The translations under genes were made by a program, and so were the position numbers. The notes under the pieces were generated by a model, which worked only from the letters and a program-made list of their open reading frames with translations, was not told where the DNA came from and searched no databases. From Rhodocyclaceae bacterium (lineage in GTDB: Bacteria; Pseudomonadota; Gammaproteobacteria; Burkholderiales; Rhodocyclaceae): DNA of 40,000 nt. Location: assembly GCA_049840475.1 (NCBI GenBank), contig JASGKX010000001.1, positions 706,575 to 746,574 on the forward strand, given 5' to 3'. Position 1 is the first letter of the stretch. Each line of letters starts with the position of its first letter. Below are positions 25,961 to 34,246 of the stretch, in pieces.

Positions 25961-26854
25961 TTGGACAAATTCGTTGAAATGAAAGTGTTTTCGGCGGTTG
26001 TCGAGGCCGGCAGTTTTGTTGGCGCCTCCGACCGCCTGGAGATGTCCAAGCAAGCCGTTTCGCGCCATGTCGCAGAACTGGAGAGCCGGCTTGGCGTGCG
26101 ACTTCTGCAGCGCACGACGCGGCGACTGGCGCTGACGGAAGAAGGCGCCGTCTATGCCGACCGCTGCAAAGAACTCCTGACCTTGCTCGACGAAGCCGAA
26201 AGCGAGATCACCACCCGAACAGGCGAGGCCATCGGTCAGTTGCGCGTGAACGCGCCAGTCACCTTTGGCGTGCTGCACCTGGCCAAGCTGTGGCCTGCGT
26301 TCATATCCCGCCACCCCCGCGTCGGCCTGGATATCACGCTGTCCGATCGGGTCGTTGATCTGCTCGATGAGGGATACGACCTCGCCATTCGCATCGCGCG
26401 GCTCCCCTCTTCATCACTGATCAGTCGACGTCTGGCATCAACGCGCCTGGTGTTGTGCGCCTCGCCAGACTATCTGCGAGCGCGTGGTACGCCCCGCCAC
26501 CCCGACGAGCTGGTTGAACATTCGGTACTGACCTACAGCCTGCTGGCGATGGGAGACAACTGGACATTCGAAGGGCCTGACGGGCCGGCGACGGTGAAGA
26601 TCGCGCCCTGTCTGCGCAGCAACAGCGGAGACACATGCCGCGAAGCCGCACTACAGGGCGCGGGCATCATCCTGCAGCCCACCTTCCTTGTCAGCGACGA
26701 CATCAAGCGCGGCAGGCTCGTTGAACTGATGCCCGAATATCGATCCATCGAATTGGGCGTCTATGCGGTGTATCCGTCGAGAAAGTTCGTCGCGCCGAAA
26801 GTGCGGCTGCTGATCGACTTTCTTGCAGAGGCATTGGCACGGCACGATTGGTAA
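25961..26854 (+). CDS. LysR-family transcriptional regulator
   Basis: 297 aa with an N-terminal wHTH (FSAVVEAGSFVGASDRLEMSKQAVSRHVAELE) and a LysR substrate-binding domain. It is divergent from the 25835..22264 operon. Confidence 0.9.
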   Translation: MDKFVEMKVFSAVVEAGSFVGASDRLEMSKQAVSRHVAELESRLGVRLLQRTTRRLALTEEGAVYADRCKELLTLLDEAESEITTRTGEAIGQLRVNAPVTFGVLHLAKLWPAFISRHPRVGLDITLSDRVVDLLDEGYDLAIRIARLPSSSLISRRLASTRLVLCASPDYLRARGTPRHPDELVEHSVLTYSLLAMGDNWTFEGPDGPATVKIAPCLRSNSGDTCREAALQGAGIILQPTFLVSDDIKRGRLVELMPEYRSIELGVYAVYPSRKFVAPKVRLLIDFLAEALARHDW

Positions 26855-27061
26855 GCCACGACATCGCCTGCCCGTTTGGTACTGGCGTACCTCCGCCTGA
26901 CGATCTCTCGGTTTTTGATCAGAGCCAAGTTGCGCACGATATCGTCTGTTCGATGACAAATACGCCGTGTTCGCCACCATATATAGCGCAATTAAGGAAA
27001 TTTCACTTTCAAACATCCTCCCCTGCGGGACGTACGACTCGATCAATCCGACTGCTGTCAT

Positions 27062-27075
27062 TTGGTTCACATCAA
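27062..27075 (+). promoter_or_regulatory. FNR/Anr-type box candidate upstream of feoA
   Basis: TTGGT-TCAC-ATCAA matches 9/10 positions of TTGAT-N4-ATCAA. Its centre is about 89 nt upstream of the feoA ATG. Confidence 0.4.
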
Positions 27076-27122
27076 AAAGTCGGATGCAGCGTCATCGCAG
27101 CCAGGGGTTGCAGCGTTAGTAT

Positions 27123-27137
27123 TCAGAACTATTCTCA
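27123..27137 (+). promoter_or_regulatory. Weak Fur-box-like imperfect palindrome upstream of feoA
   Basis: TCAGAACTATTCTCA (reverse strand TGAGAATAGTTCTGA) matches 10/14 positions of the 7-1-7 Fur motif TGATAATnATTATCA. It sits in an AT-rich patch 21 nt before the ATG. Confidence 0.25.
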
Positions 27138-27157
27138 TTCATACAGCCCAGTTCCCC

Positions 27158-27400
27158 ATGCAGCTTTCGGCTCTCAAGCGCGGCACCACCGCCGTTGTCG
27201 CGGGCGTTCAGGACAACGGGCCGGACGACGCGATCGCCCGACGTCTGCGCGATGTCGGTTTCGTTCAAGGCGAAACGGTACGTGTTCTGCCATATGGGCC
27301 GCTGGGCGGCGAACCTCTTTTGGTCATGGTCGGTTCGGCGCGCTTCGCTCTGCGCCGCGTTGAAGCTGACCGCGTCACTGTCACGGACACGCAGGCATGA
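27158..27400 (+). CDS. feoA: Ferrous iron transport protein FeoA
   Basis: 80 aa from ATG 27158, with the SH3-like FeoA pattern MQLSALKRG...RRLRDVGFVQGETVRV. Its stop overlaps the feoB ATG (ATGA). Confidence 0.88.
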   Translation: MQLSALKRGTTAVVAGVQDNGPDDAIARRLRDVGFVQGETVRVLPYGPLGGEPLLVMVGSARFALRRVEADRVTVTDTQA

Positions 27401-29232
27401 ACTCGACCAGCGCCGCGCTGCGCATTGCCCTCGTCGGCAACCCCAACAGCGGCAAGACCGCGCTTTTCAATCGCCTGACCGGCAGTCGTCAGAAGGTCGC
27501 CAATTACGCTGGCGTCACAGTCGAACGCAAGGAAGGCCGCTTTGAACTCCCCTCCGGCCGCCACGTGCAGGTCATTGACCTGCCCGGCGCCTATAGCCTG
27601 ACCGCTACGAGCCCGGACGAGGCGATCACGCGTGATGTCTGCATGGGCGTGCGCAGCGATCAGGACAAGCCGGACATGCTGGTTTGCGTCGTCAACGCCA
27701 CCAACCTGCGCCTGCACCTGCGCTTTGCGCTTGAGTTGCGCCAGCTCGGCCTGCCGATGCTGCTCGCGCTGAACATGACGGATGCCGCGGCACGCCGCAA
27801 CATCCGCATCGACGCCGCGCGACTGTCCGCAGGACTCGGCATGCCGGTGGTCAACACGGTCGCCATCCAGCACGACGGCGCGCAAGCGCTGGTAGCCTCG
27901 CTCAACGATGTCGCCCCGGCCACACCAGAGCCGCTGGCGGAAGGCACTGACCTGCACGGGCTTGTACGCCAAGTGCTGGCCGATGCGGTGACCTTGCCTG
28001 CCGACACCACGTCGCTGGACGAACGGATCGACCGTTGGGCGCTTCATCCGGTGTGGGGCATGTTGATCCTTGCAGTTGCCATGCTGCTGATGTTCCAGGC
28101 CGTGTATGCCTGGGCAGCGCCGATGCAGGACGCCATTGAAGGCGGTATGGGCTGGCTGGGCGAGGCAGTGGGCAACTATATGCCCGACGGGCCGCTGCGC
28201 GGACTGCTGGTCGACGGCGTCATTGCCGGCGCAGGCGGCGTGCTGGTGTTCCTGCCGCAGATTCTGCTGTTGTTCCTGTTCATTCTGGCGCTGGAAGAAT
28301 CCGGCTATCTGCCTCGTGCAGCAGTGCTGCTCGATCGCTTCATGGTCGCCGCAGGTCTTTCTGGCCGCGCATTCATTCCGATGCTGTCGAGCTTTGCCTG
28401 TGCCGTACCGGGCATCATGGCCACGCGCAGCATTCAGGACCCGCGCGATCGCCTGATCACCATTCTGGTCGCTCCGCTCATGACCTGCTCGGCGCGCCTG
28501 CCTGTATACGCATTGCTGATTGGCGCGTTCATTCCTGATCAGCAGGTGTGGGGCGTATTCAATCTGCAAGGGCTGGTGCTGTTCGCGCTGTATGCCTCCG
28601 GCATCGTCAGCGCACTCATCGTCGCCTACGTGAGCAAGCTCTTTATCAAGGCGACCAATGAATCCGCCCTGTTGCTGGAGCTGCCTTCGTATCGCCTGCC
28701 GCAGATCCGCAACATCGCCATCGGACTGTGGGAGCGTGCGCAGATCTTCCTGCGCCGCGTAGGCGGCATCATCCTCGCGCTGTCGGTGCTGCTGTGGTTT
28801 ATCTCCACTTACCCGACGCCACCAGCTGACTGGACTGCCCCGGCGATCGACTACAGCTTCGCCGGCCGCATTGGACACGCGTTGGCCGTGGTGTTCGAGC
28901 CGATCGGCTTTACGTGGCAGATCTGCGTAGCGCTGATCCCCGGTCTGGCGGCACGCGAAGTTGCGGTCAGCGGACTGGCAACCGTGTACGCCGTCGCAGG
29001 CGGCGAAGAAGGCGGCCAACTGGGCGGCATGCTGGCAAGCCAATGGGGCCTGCCCACCGCCCTGTCGCTGCTGGCGTGGTATGTCTTTGCACCGCAGTGC
29101 ATCTCGACGCTCGCCATCATCAAACGCGAAACCAACGGCTGGAAGATGGTCGCCGTCTCGGCTTTCTATCTGACTGCGCTGGCCTACGGCGCCGCCTGGA
29201 TCACTTACCGCCTCGCGCTGCTTCTGGCATAA
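27397..29232 (+). CDS. feoB: Ferrous iron transporter FeoB
   Basis: 611 aa with an N-terminal G domain (ALVGNPNSGKTALFN, DLPGAYSL, LNMTD) followed by a polytopic membrane domain. Confidence 0.95.
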   Translation: MNSTSAALRIALVGNPNSGKTALFNRLTGSRQKVANYAGVTVERKEGRFELPSGRHVQVIDLPGAYSLTATSPDEAITRDVCMGVRSDQDKPDMLVCVVNATNLRLHLRFALELRQLGLPMLLALNMTDAAARRNIRIDAARLSAGLGMPVVNTVAIQHDGAQALVASLNDVAPATPEPLAEGTDLHGLVRQVLADAVTLPADTTSLDERIDRWALHPVWGMLILAVAMLLMFQAVYAWAAPMQDAIEGGMGWLGEAVGNYMPDGPLRGLLVDGVIAGAGGVLVFLPQILLLFLFILALEESGYLPRAAVLLDRFMVAAGLSGRAFIPMLSSFACAVPGIMATRSIQDPRDRLITILVAPLMTCSARLPVYALLIGAFIPDQQVWGVFNLQGLVLFALYASGIVSALIVAYVSKLFIKATNESALLLELPSYRLPQIRNIAIGLWERAQIFLRRVGGIILALSVLLWFISTYPTPPADWTAPAIDYSFAGRIGHALAVVFEPIGFTWQICVALIPGLAAREVAVSGLATVYAVAGGEEGGQLGGMLASQWGLPTALSLLAWYVFAPQCISTLAIIKRETNGWKMVAVSAFYLTALAYGAAWITYRLALLLA

Positions 29233-29241
29233 GGAATCGAC

Positions 29242-29427
29242 ATGAGCGCCATCATCCAGAACGTCATCCTCGTCGCCGTACTGCTGGTCGCAGTCGGAGT
29301 CACCATCAAGAAGGTCGCACCGAATCTGTGGAACAAAGCGCTGGGGCGCAGCACAGCCAGCGGCAGTTCCGGCGGCTGCTCTGGGTGCAGCACGTGCGGG
29401 GGATGCGACAAAGCATCCAGCCAGTAA
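29242..29427 (+). CDS. FeoB-associated Cys-rich small membrane protein
   Basis: 61 aa with one TM helix (IIQNVILVAVLLVAVGV) and a C-terminal GGCSGCSTCGGC. AAGGAA lies 6 nt upstream. It starts 9 nt after feoB and is followed by a terminator. Confidence 0.72.
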   Translation: MSAIIQNVILVAVLLVAVGVTIKKVAPNLWNKALGRSTASGSSGGCSGCSTCGGCDKASSQ

Positions 29428-29430
29428 CGT

Positions 29431-29456
29431 AAAAAAGGGAGCTCTCGCTCCCTTTT
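29431..29456. terminator. Bidirectional rho-independent terminator (feo operon / gloA)
   Basis: AAAAAA-GGGAGC-TCTC-GCTCCC-TTTT lies between the convergent genes ending at 29427 (+) and 29489 (-). Confidence 0.75.
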
Positions 29457-29488
29457 CATTTCCATCTGCGGCTGACTTAGCTCGCCGA

Positions 29489-29875
29489 TTATTGGTCGCG
29501 CTGGATCAACTCGATCTTGTAGCCGTCCGGGTCCTGCACAAAGGCGATCACGGTGGTGCCATGCTTCATCGGACCGGCTTCGCGGACGACGTTGCCGCCG
29601 CGGCGCTTGATCTCGTCGCAGGCCTTGTAGGCATCCGGCACGGCCAATGCGATGTGGCCGAAAGCGCCGCCCATTTCGTACTTTTCCACGCCGTAGTTGT
29701 AGGTCAGTTCGATCTCAGCACTCTCTTCGGTCGTGCCGTAGCCGACAAAGACGTTGGTGAACTTGCCGTCCGGGTGGTCGGACTCCTTGATCACCTTCAT
29801 GCCCAGCACTTCGGTGTAGAACTTGATGGAACGATCCAGATCGCCGACGCGGATCATGGTGTGAAGAATACGCAT
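29489..29875 (-). CDS. gloA: Lactoylglutathione lyase (glyoxalase I)
   Basis: 128 aa with [33 protein letters not shown] and GHIA, colinear with GloA. Confidence 0.93.
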   Translation of the reverse strand: MRILHTMIRVGDLDRSIKFYTEVLGMKVIKESDHPDGKFTNVFVGYGTTEESAEIELTYNYGVEKYEMGGAFGHIALAVPDAYKACDEIKRRGGNVVREAGPMKHGTTVIAFVQDPDGYKIELIQRDQ

Positions 29876-29912
29876 GGATTGACTCCGGTGATGCGATGAA
29901 AGACTCCGCGCG

Positions 29913-30686
29913 CTACAGCGCGGGGATGAACTGGTGGGCGTCGCGCAGCGCGCCCTTGGGTGCCTCGAACTCGGGATACAGCATACCGACCACCGACCAG
30001 AAACGTGCCGAGTGGTTCATTTCGAGCAAGTGCGACAATTCGTGTGCGACGACGTAATCGACCTGCTCGTTGGGAAGATGGATCAGACGCCAGTTGAGCC
30101 GGATGCCACTGCGTTGCGAACAGCTCCCCCAACGCGTACGCGCATTGGTCAGGCGCAGTGTAGGGATACGGACCTGCGGGGCGAACTGATGCAACCGCCA
30201 GGCAAACTCCTCGACCCGCCCCTTGAAATACGTGAGCGCAAAACGTTGCAGCGCACGCATCAGTACAAGCTTGGCCTGCGTGCCGTTGAGCGCGGTGATG
30301 TGAAGTTCGCGACCGTAGAAGCCTTCGATCCATTCCGCGCGATTGGTGCCCGTCTGGATGCGCACCATGCAAGGCGCGCCCAGCACGAAGATGCGCATAC
30401 CATCCGCGACCTGCGCCGGCAGCGGTTGCGGGCGGGCCGCGAACTCGCCGAGTTTTTCCAGAATCCAGTCGGCGCGCTCGCGCACAAAGCCTTCCGCCTC
30501 GCGCACCGACACACGCAGCGGGATGCTCACGGTCAGACCTCGTTTGTCGATGGTCAGACCCAACGTGCGGCGTTGGCTGCGGCGCAGCGTGTAGTCGATC
30601 TCACGTCCGGACAGCACAATGCTGCGGCGCTCCGCCTCACGACCGTCGGCACTCTTTTTGAAGAGGGCTTGCGGGCGTGTCGTCAT
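29913..30686 (-). CDS. YgjP/DUF45-type (M48-like) zinc metallohydrolase
   Basis: 257 aa with RWGSCS and [16 protein letters not shown] (HExxH...H), typical of the YgjP family. Confidence 0.82.
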   Translation of the reverse strand: MTTRPQALFKKSADGREAERRSIVLSGREIDYTLRRSQRRTLGLTIDKRGLTVSIPLRVSVREAEGFVRERADWILEKLGEFAARPQPLPAQVADGMRIFVLGAPCMVRIQTGTNRAEWIEGFYGRELHITALNGTQAKLVLMRALQRFALTYFKGRVEEFAWRLHQFAPQVRIPTLRLTNARTRWGSCSQRSGIRLNWRLIHLPNEQVDYVVAHELSHLLEMNHSARFWSVVGMLYPEFEAPKGALRDAHQFIPAL

Positions 30687-30690
30687 GCGT

Positions 30691-31452
30691 TCAGCGGACC
30701 TCGGCGGCAGTGGCGGCGCGCGCCTGCTGCCCCTTGTAGTGGTGCGGAAACAGGCGGTGCATCTCGCCTTCGATCCAGGCTTCGGTCAGGCGATTCACCT
30801 CATCCGGCGTGCGGCCAGCCGTCTCGATGACTGGCCCGATACTCACCACGACCTCACCCGGCCGTTTGACGAATGCATTACGGCGCCAGAACTCGCCAGC
30901 GTTATGTGCCACGGGCACTACCGGCACACCGGCCTCGCACGCCAGCGTGGCGCCACCAACCTTGTAGCGGCGGGCAGTACCGACGGCAGAGCGCGTGCCT
31001 TCCGGGAACACCACCACCCAGAAGCCTTCGGCCAGACGTTGCTTGCCTTGCTCGATAACCTGCGCGAGCGCGTCACGGCCCGCGGCGCGGTCGATCGACA
31101 CGATCGGCATCTGCGCCAGCCCCCAGCCGAAGAACGGAATCTTGAGCAGTTCGCGCTTGAGCACGAATGCCACAGGCGGAAAGATCTTCTGCATGGCGAT
31201 CGTTTCCCACGCCGACTGATGCTTGCACAGGATCACTGCAGGTTTGGCGGTCATGTTCTCCTGCCCGATGACCCGGCAGCGAATGCCAAGCACCACCGGC
31301 AGCACGCGCATCACGATGCGCGCCCAACCCGAGATGATGCGATAGCGCGTTTGTGGCGGGAACGGAGCCGTGGCGACGGCAATGACTGCGTACGGCAGCG
31401 TCAGGACGATGATGACGAGCGCAAAAAGAATCGAGCGGAAAATGTTGAGCAT
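30691..31452 (-). CDS. plsC: 1-acyl-sn-glycerol-3-phosphate acyltransferase
   Basis: 253 aa with an N-terminal TM segment, the acyltransferase blocks KHQSAWET (HxxxxD-like) and FPEGTRS. Confidence 0.88.
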   Translation of the reverse strand: MLNIFRSILFALVIIVLTLPYAVIAVATAPFPPQTRYRIISGWARIVMRVLPVVLGIRCRVIGQENMTAKPAVILCKHQSAWETIAMQKIFPPVAFVLKRELLKIPFFGWGLAQMPIVSIDRAAGRDALAQVIEQGKQRLAEGFWVVVFPEGTRSAVGTARRYKVGGATLACEAGVPVVPVAHNAGEFWRRNAFVKRPGEVVVSIGPVIETAGRTPDEVNRLTEAWIEGEMHRLFPHHYKGQQARAATAAEVR

Positions 31453-31584
31453 TGGTGCCAGAGAAGAAAGTCGGGGCCGGCAGCGCCACTGCTGACGTCA
31501 GTCAGGACCGGCCAGCCAGCCTCCGGGTCGGCGTCATTGTAACCGTCGACCGCGAGGTATCGGATATTTCAGGCGACGCTCGGA

Positions 31585-32130
31585 TCACTCGCGAGCCAAC
31601 AGATGGTCAACAACGCCGGCGAGGTCTGCGAACACTTGCGTGCCTTCCGGCAGTTCTTCATCGGACTGGGTTTTCTCGCCCTTGCCGGTCAGCACCAGAT
31701 ACGGCTTGCAGCCCGCCGCAATGCCGGCTTGCAGATCGCGCAGGCTGTCGCCCACGGTCGGCAGGCCGGTCAGGTCCACGTTAAAGCGAGCGGAAATCTG
31801 ATTGAACATACCGGGCTTGGGCTTGCGGCACTCGCAGGTCGAATCGGCCGAGTGCGGGCAGAAGAAAATGGCGTCGATCCGCCCGCCCGCCTGCGCCACG
31901 GCCTTCATCATCTTGTCGTTGATGGCATTGAGCGTGTCCATGTCGAACAGGCCGCGCCCGACGCCGCTCTGGTTGGTGGCCACGACGATACGATAACCAG
32001 CCTCGGCCAGTCGGCCGATGGCTTCCAGGCTGCCCGGGATCGGTTTCCACTCTTCCGGCGACTTGATGAACTGCGCGGAGTCGAAATTGATGACGCCGTC
32101 GCGGTCGAGGATGATGAATTTATGGGGCAT
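31585..32130 (-). CDS. gmhB: D-glycero-beta-D-manno-heptose-1,7-bisphosphate 7-phosphatase
   Basis: 181 aa with the HAD motif FIILDRDGVIN, the zinc motif CPHSADSTCECRKPKPGM, and GDSLRD. Confidence 0.9.
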   Translation of the reverse strand: MPHKFIILDRDGVINFDSAQFIKSPEEWKPIPGSLEAIGRLAEAGYRIVVATNQSGVGRGLFDMDTLNAINDKMMKAVAQAGGRIDAIFFCPHSADSTCECRKPKPGMFNQISARFNVDLTGLPTVGDSLRDLQAGIAAGCKPYLVLTGKGEKTQSDEELPEGTQVFADLAGVVDHLLARE

Positions 32131-32140
32131 CGATCGCTCC

Positions 32141-34246
32141 TCAGGCCGACAAACGCGAGATATCGGCCACCTGGTTCATGACCTCGGCCAGGCGGCCCAG
32201 CAACACCAGACGGTTCCGACGCACGTCCTCGTCCTCAACATTGACCATCACCTCATCGAAGAAACGATCAACCGGCTCGCGCAGCGCAGCCATGCGTACC
32301 AACGCGCCGGTGTAGTCGCGCTGAACAAAAGCATCGCGGATGGCCGGAGCGTGTTCAATCGACCAGTGCACCAGCGCGCGTTCAGCGTCTTCACGCAGCA
32401 GGCCCATCGTGACCTCTCCGGCCGGCGCTGGCGACTTCTTCAGGATATTGACGATGCGCTTGTTGGCGGCAGCCAATGCGGCGGCTTCCGGCAGCTTCTG
32501 GAATTCCACCACCGCGCGCAGGCGTGCCACAACCTCTTGCAGCGGCGGCTGGAGCGCGATGACGGATTCGACCGTGCTGGCACCATAACTCGGCGCCAAT
32601 TGGTTCCAGTAACGTTCGTAGATGAACTGGCGCACCTCTTCGACCGTGTTGTCGGCCAGCAGCCCTTGCGGGAACACCGAAGCCGCAAACCCCAGCAGTG
32701 CCGTCAGGTCGGGCGACGCGTTGCCGATCAGCTCGAACGATTTGATCACCGACAGCGCATGGCGACGCAGTGCGAACGGGTCCTTGTCGCCCGTGGGCTT
32801 GAGGCCGATGCCCCAGATTCCAACCAGCGTTTCCACGCGATCCGCGATGGTCAGCGTTTCGCTGACCAGGTCGCTCGCCAACGTGGTCTCATCACGACGT
32901 ACAAGGTATTGACTAGCGATGGCATTGGCTACGCGCCCATCCTCGCCGTCGTGGCGTGCGTAGTAGCCGCCCATGATGCCTTGCAGCTCAGGGAATTCGC
33001 CGACCATGTCGGTCAGCAGGTCAGCCTTGGCCAGCTCGGCGGCACGATCGGCAAGCTTGACGTCGCAGCCAATGCGCTCGGCCACCCAGCGCGCGATGGC
33101 GCGCACGCGTTCGATACGCTCGCCCTGCGTGCCCAACTTGTTGTGATAGACGACCTTGGCAAGCCCCGGCACGCGCGAAACCAGCGGCTTCTTGCGGTCC
33201 TGGTCGAAGAAGAACTTGGCATCCGCCAGACGCGGGCGTACCACGCGCTCGTTGCCGCCAACCACGGCAGAGGCATCGGCCGGACGAATGTTCGACACGA
33301 TCAGGAATTTGTTGGTCAGGCGGCCGTTGGTGTCCAGCAGCGGGAAGTACTTCTGGTTGGCCTTCATCGTCAGAATGAGGCATTCCTGCGGCACTTCGAG
33401 GAAACGCTCTTCAAAGGTGCCGACGAGTACGTTGGGGCGTTCGACGAGCGCCGTCACTTCGTCCAGCAGCGCATCGTCGTCGATCGGGGCCACACCACCG
33501 CCGACCTCTTCGGCCGCGCGCTTCAGTTGCAGCGAGATTTCAGCACGGCGATCGGCGAAGCCCGCGATCACGGCGCCGTCGCGCTCAAGCACTTCGGCAT
33601 AGGCGTCGGCATTCGCGATCGTCACAATCTTGTGCTTGGCTTCGAAGCGATGACCCTGTGTCGTGTTGCCTGCGTTCAGGCCCAGCACGCTCACCGGCAC
33701 CACGCTGTCGCCATGGAGTGCCACCAGCCCGTGCGCCGGGCGCACGAAGTTCACGGTCGTCCAGCCATCGGCCAATTGGTAACCCATGACCTTCGGAATC
33801 GGCAGCTTGGCCAACGCCTCTTCCAGTGCCTTCTGCAGACCGGCGGCCAGTTCGGCACCGGCCTGCACGCTATCGAAGAACAGCGCTTCGGCCTTGCCGT
33901 CGATGGCTCGCTTGAGCTGCGGTACGACGCTGGCGTCTGCACCGAGCGCCGCCAGGCGCTTGAGCAGGGCCGGCGTCGGCAGACCATCGGCGCCCAGCCC
34001 CACGCTCACTGGCATGAGTTTCTGCGACACCGGCTTGTCGGCAGCGCGCGCGGCGACATTGGCGACGTGCACCGCCAGGCGGCGAGGCGACGCGAATGAG
34101 GTCACTACCGCGTCGGTCGTAGCCAGCCCTTGCGACTTGAGGCTATCGGCCAGCACGCTGGCGAACGATTCGCCCAGGCGCTTGAGGGCCTTGGGTGGCA
34201 GTTCTTGAACGAAGAGTTCAACGAGCAGATTGTTGTTCACGGACAT
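32141..34246 (-). CDS. glyS: Glycine--tRNA ligase beta subunit
   Basis: 701 aa from ATG 34246 (MSVNNNLLVELFVQELPPKAL), with AAGGAGG 8 nt upstream. The ATG overlaps the glyQ TAA (TAATG). The ORF-track start at 34282 adds 12 residues. Confidence 0.95.
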   Translation of the reverse strand: MSVNNNLLVELFVQELPPKALKRLGESFASVLADSLKSQGLATTDAVVTSFASPRRLAVHVANVAARAADKPVSQKLMPVSVGLGADGLPTPALLKRLAALGADASVVPQLKRAIDGKAEALFFDSVQAGAELAAGLQKALEEALAKLPIPKVMGYQLADGWTTVNFVRPAHGLVALHGDSVVPVSVLGLNAGNTTQGHRFEAKHKIVTIANADAYAEVLERDGAVIAGFADRRAEISLQLKRAAEEVGGGVAPIDDDALLDEVTALVERPNVLVGTFEERFLEVPQECLILTMKANQKYFPLLDTNGRLTNKFLIVSNIRPADASAVVGGNERVVRPRLADAKFFFDQDRKKPLVSRVPGLAKVVYHNKLGTQGERIERVRAIARWVAERIGCDVKLADRAAELAKADLLTDMVGEFPELQGIMGGYYARHDGEDGRVANAIASQYLVRRDETTLASDLVSETLTIADRVETLVGIWGIGLKPTGDKDPFALRRHALSVIKSFELIGNASPDLTALLGFAASVFPQGLLADNTVEEVRQFIYERYWNQLAPSYGASTVESVIALQPPLQEVVARLRAVVEFQKLPEAAALAAANKRIVNILKKSPAPAGEVTMGLLREDAERALVHWSIEHAPAIRDAFVQRDYTGALVRMAALREPVDRFFDEVMVNVEDEDVRRNRLVLLGRLAEVMNQVADISRLSA

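Noticed and set aside
26651-27070. 139-aa - strand ORF starting in the lysR-feoA spacer
   Set aside because: Two thirds of it overlaps the 3' end of the LysR gene on the opposite strand. It has no RBS and no recognisable family.
27265-29043. 592-aa ORF on the - strand
   Set aside because: It is antisense to feoB, and the same composition argument applies.
32018-34099. 693-aa ORF on the + strand
   Set aside because: It is antisense to glyS, has low-complexity Arg/Gln/His-rich composition, and has no family signature.
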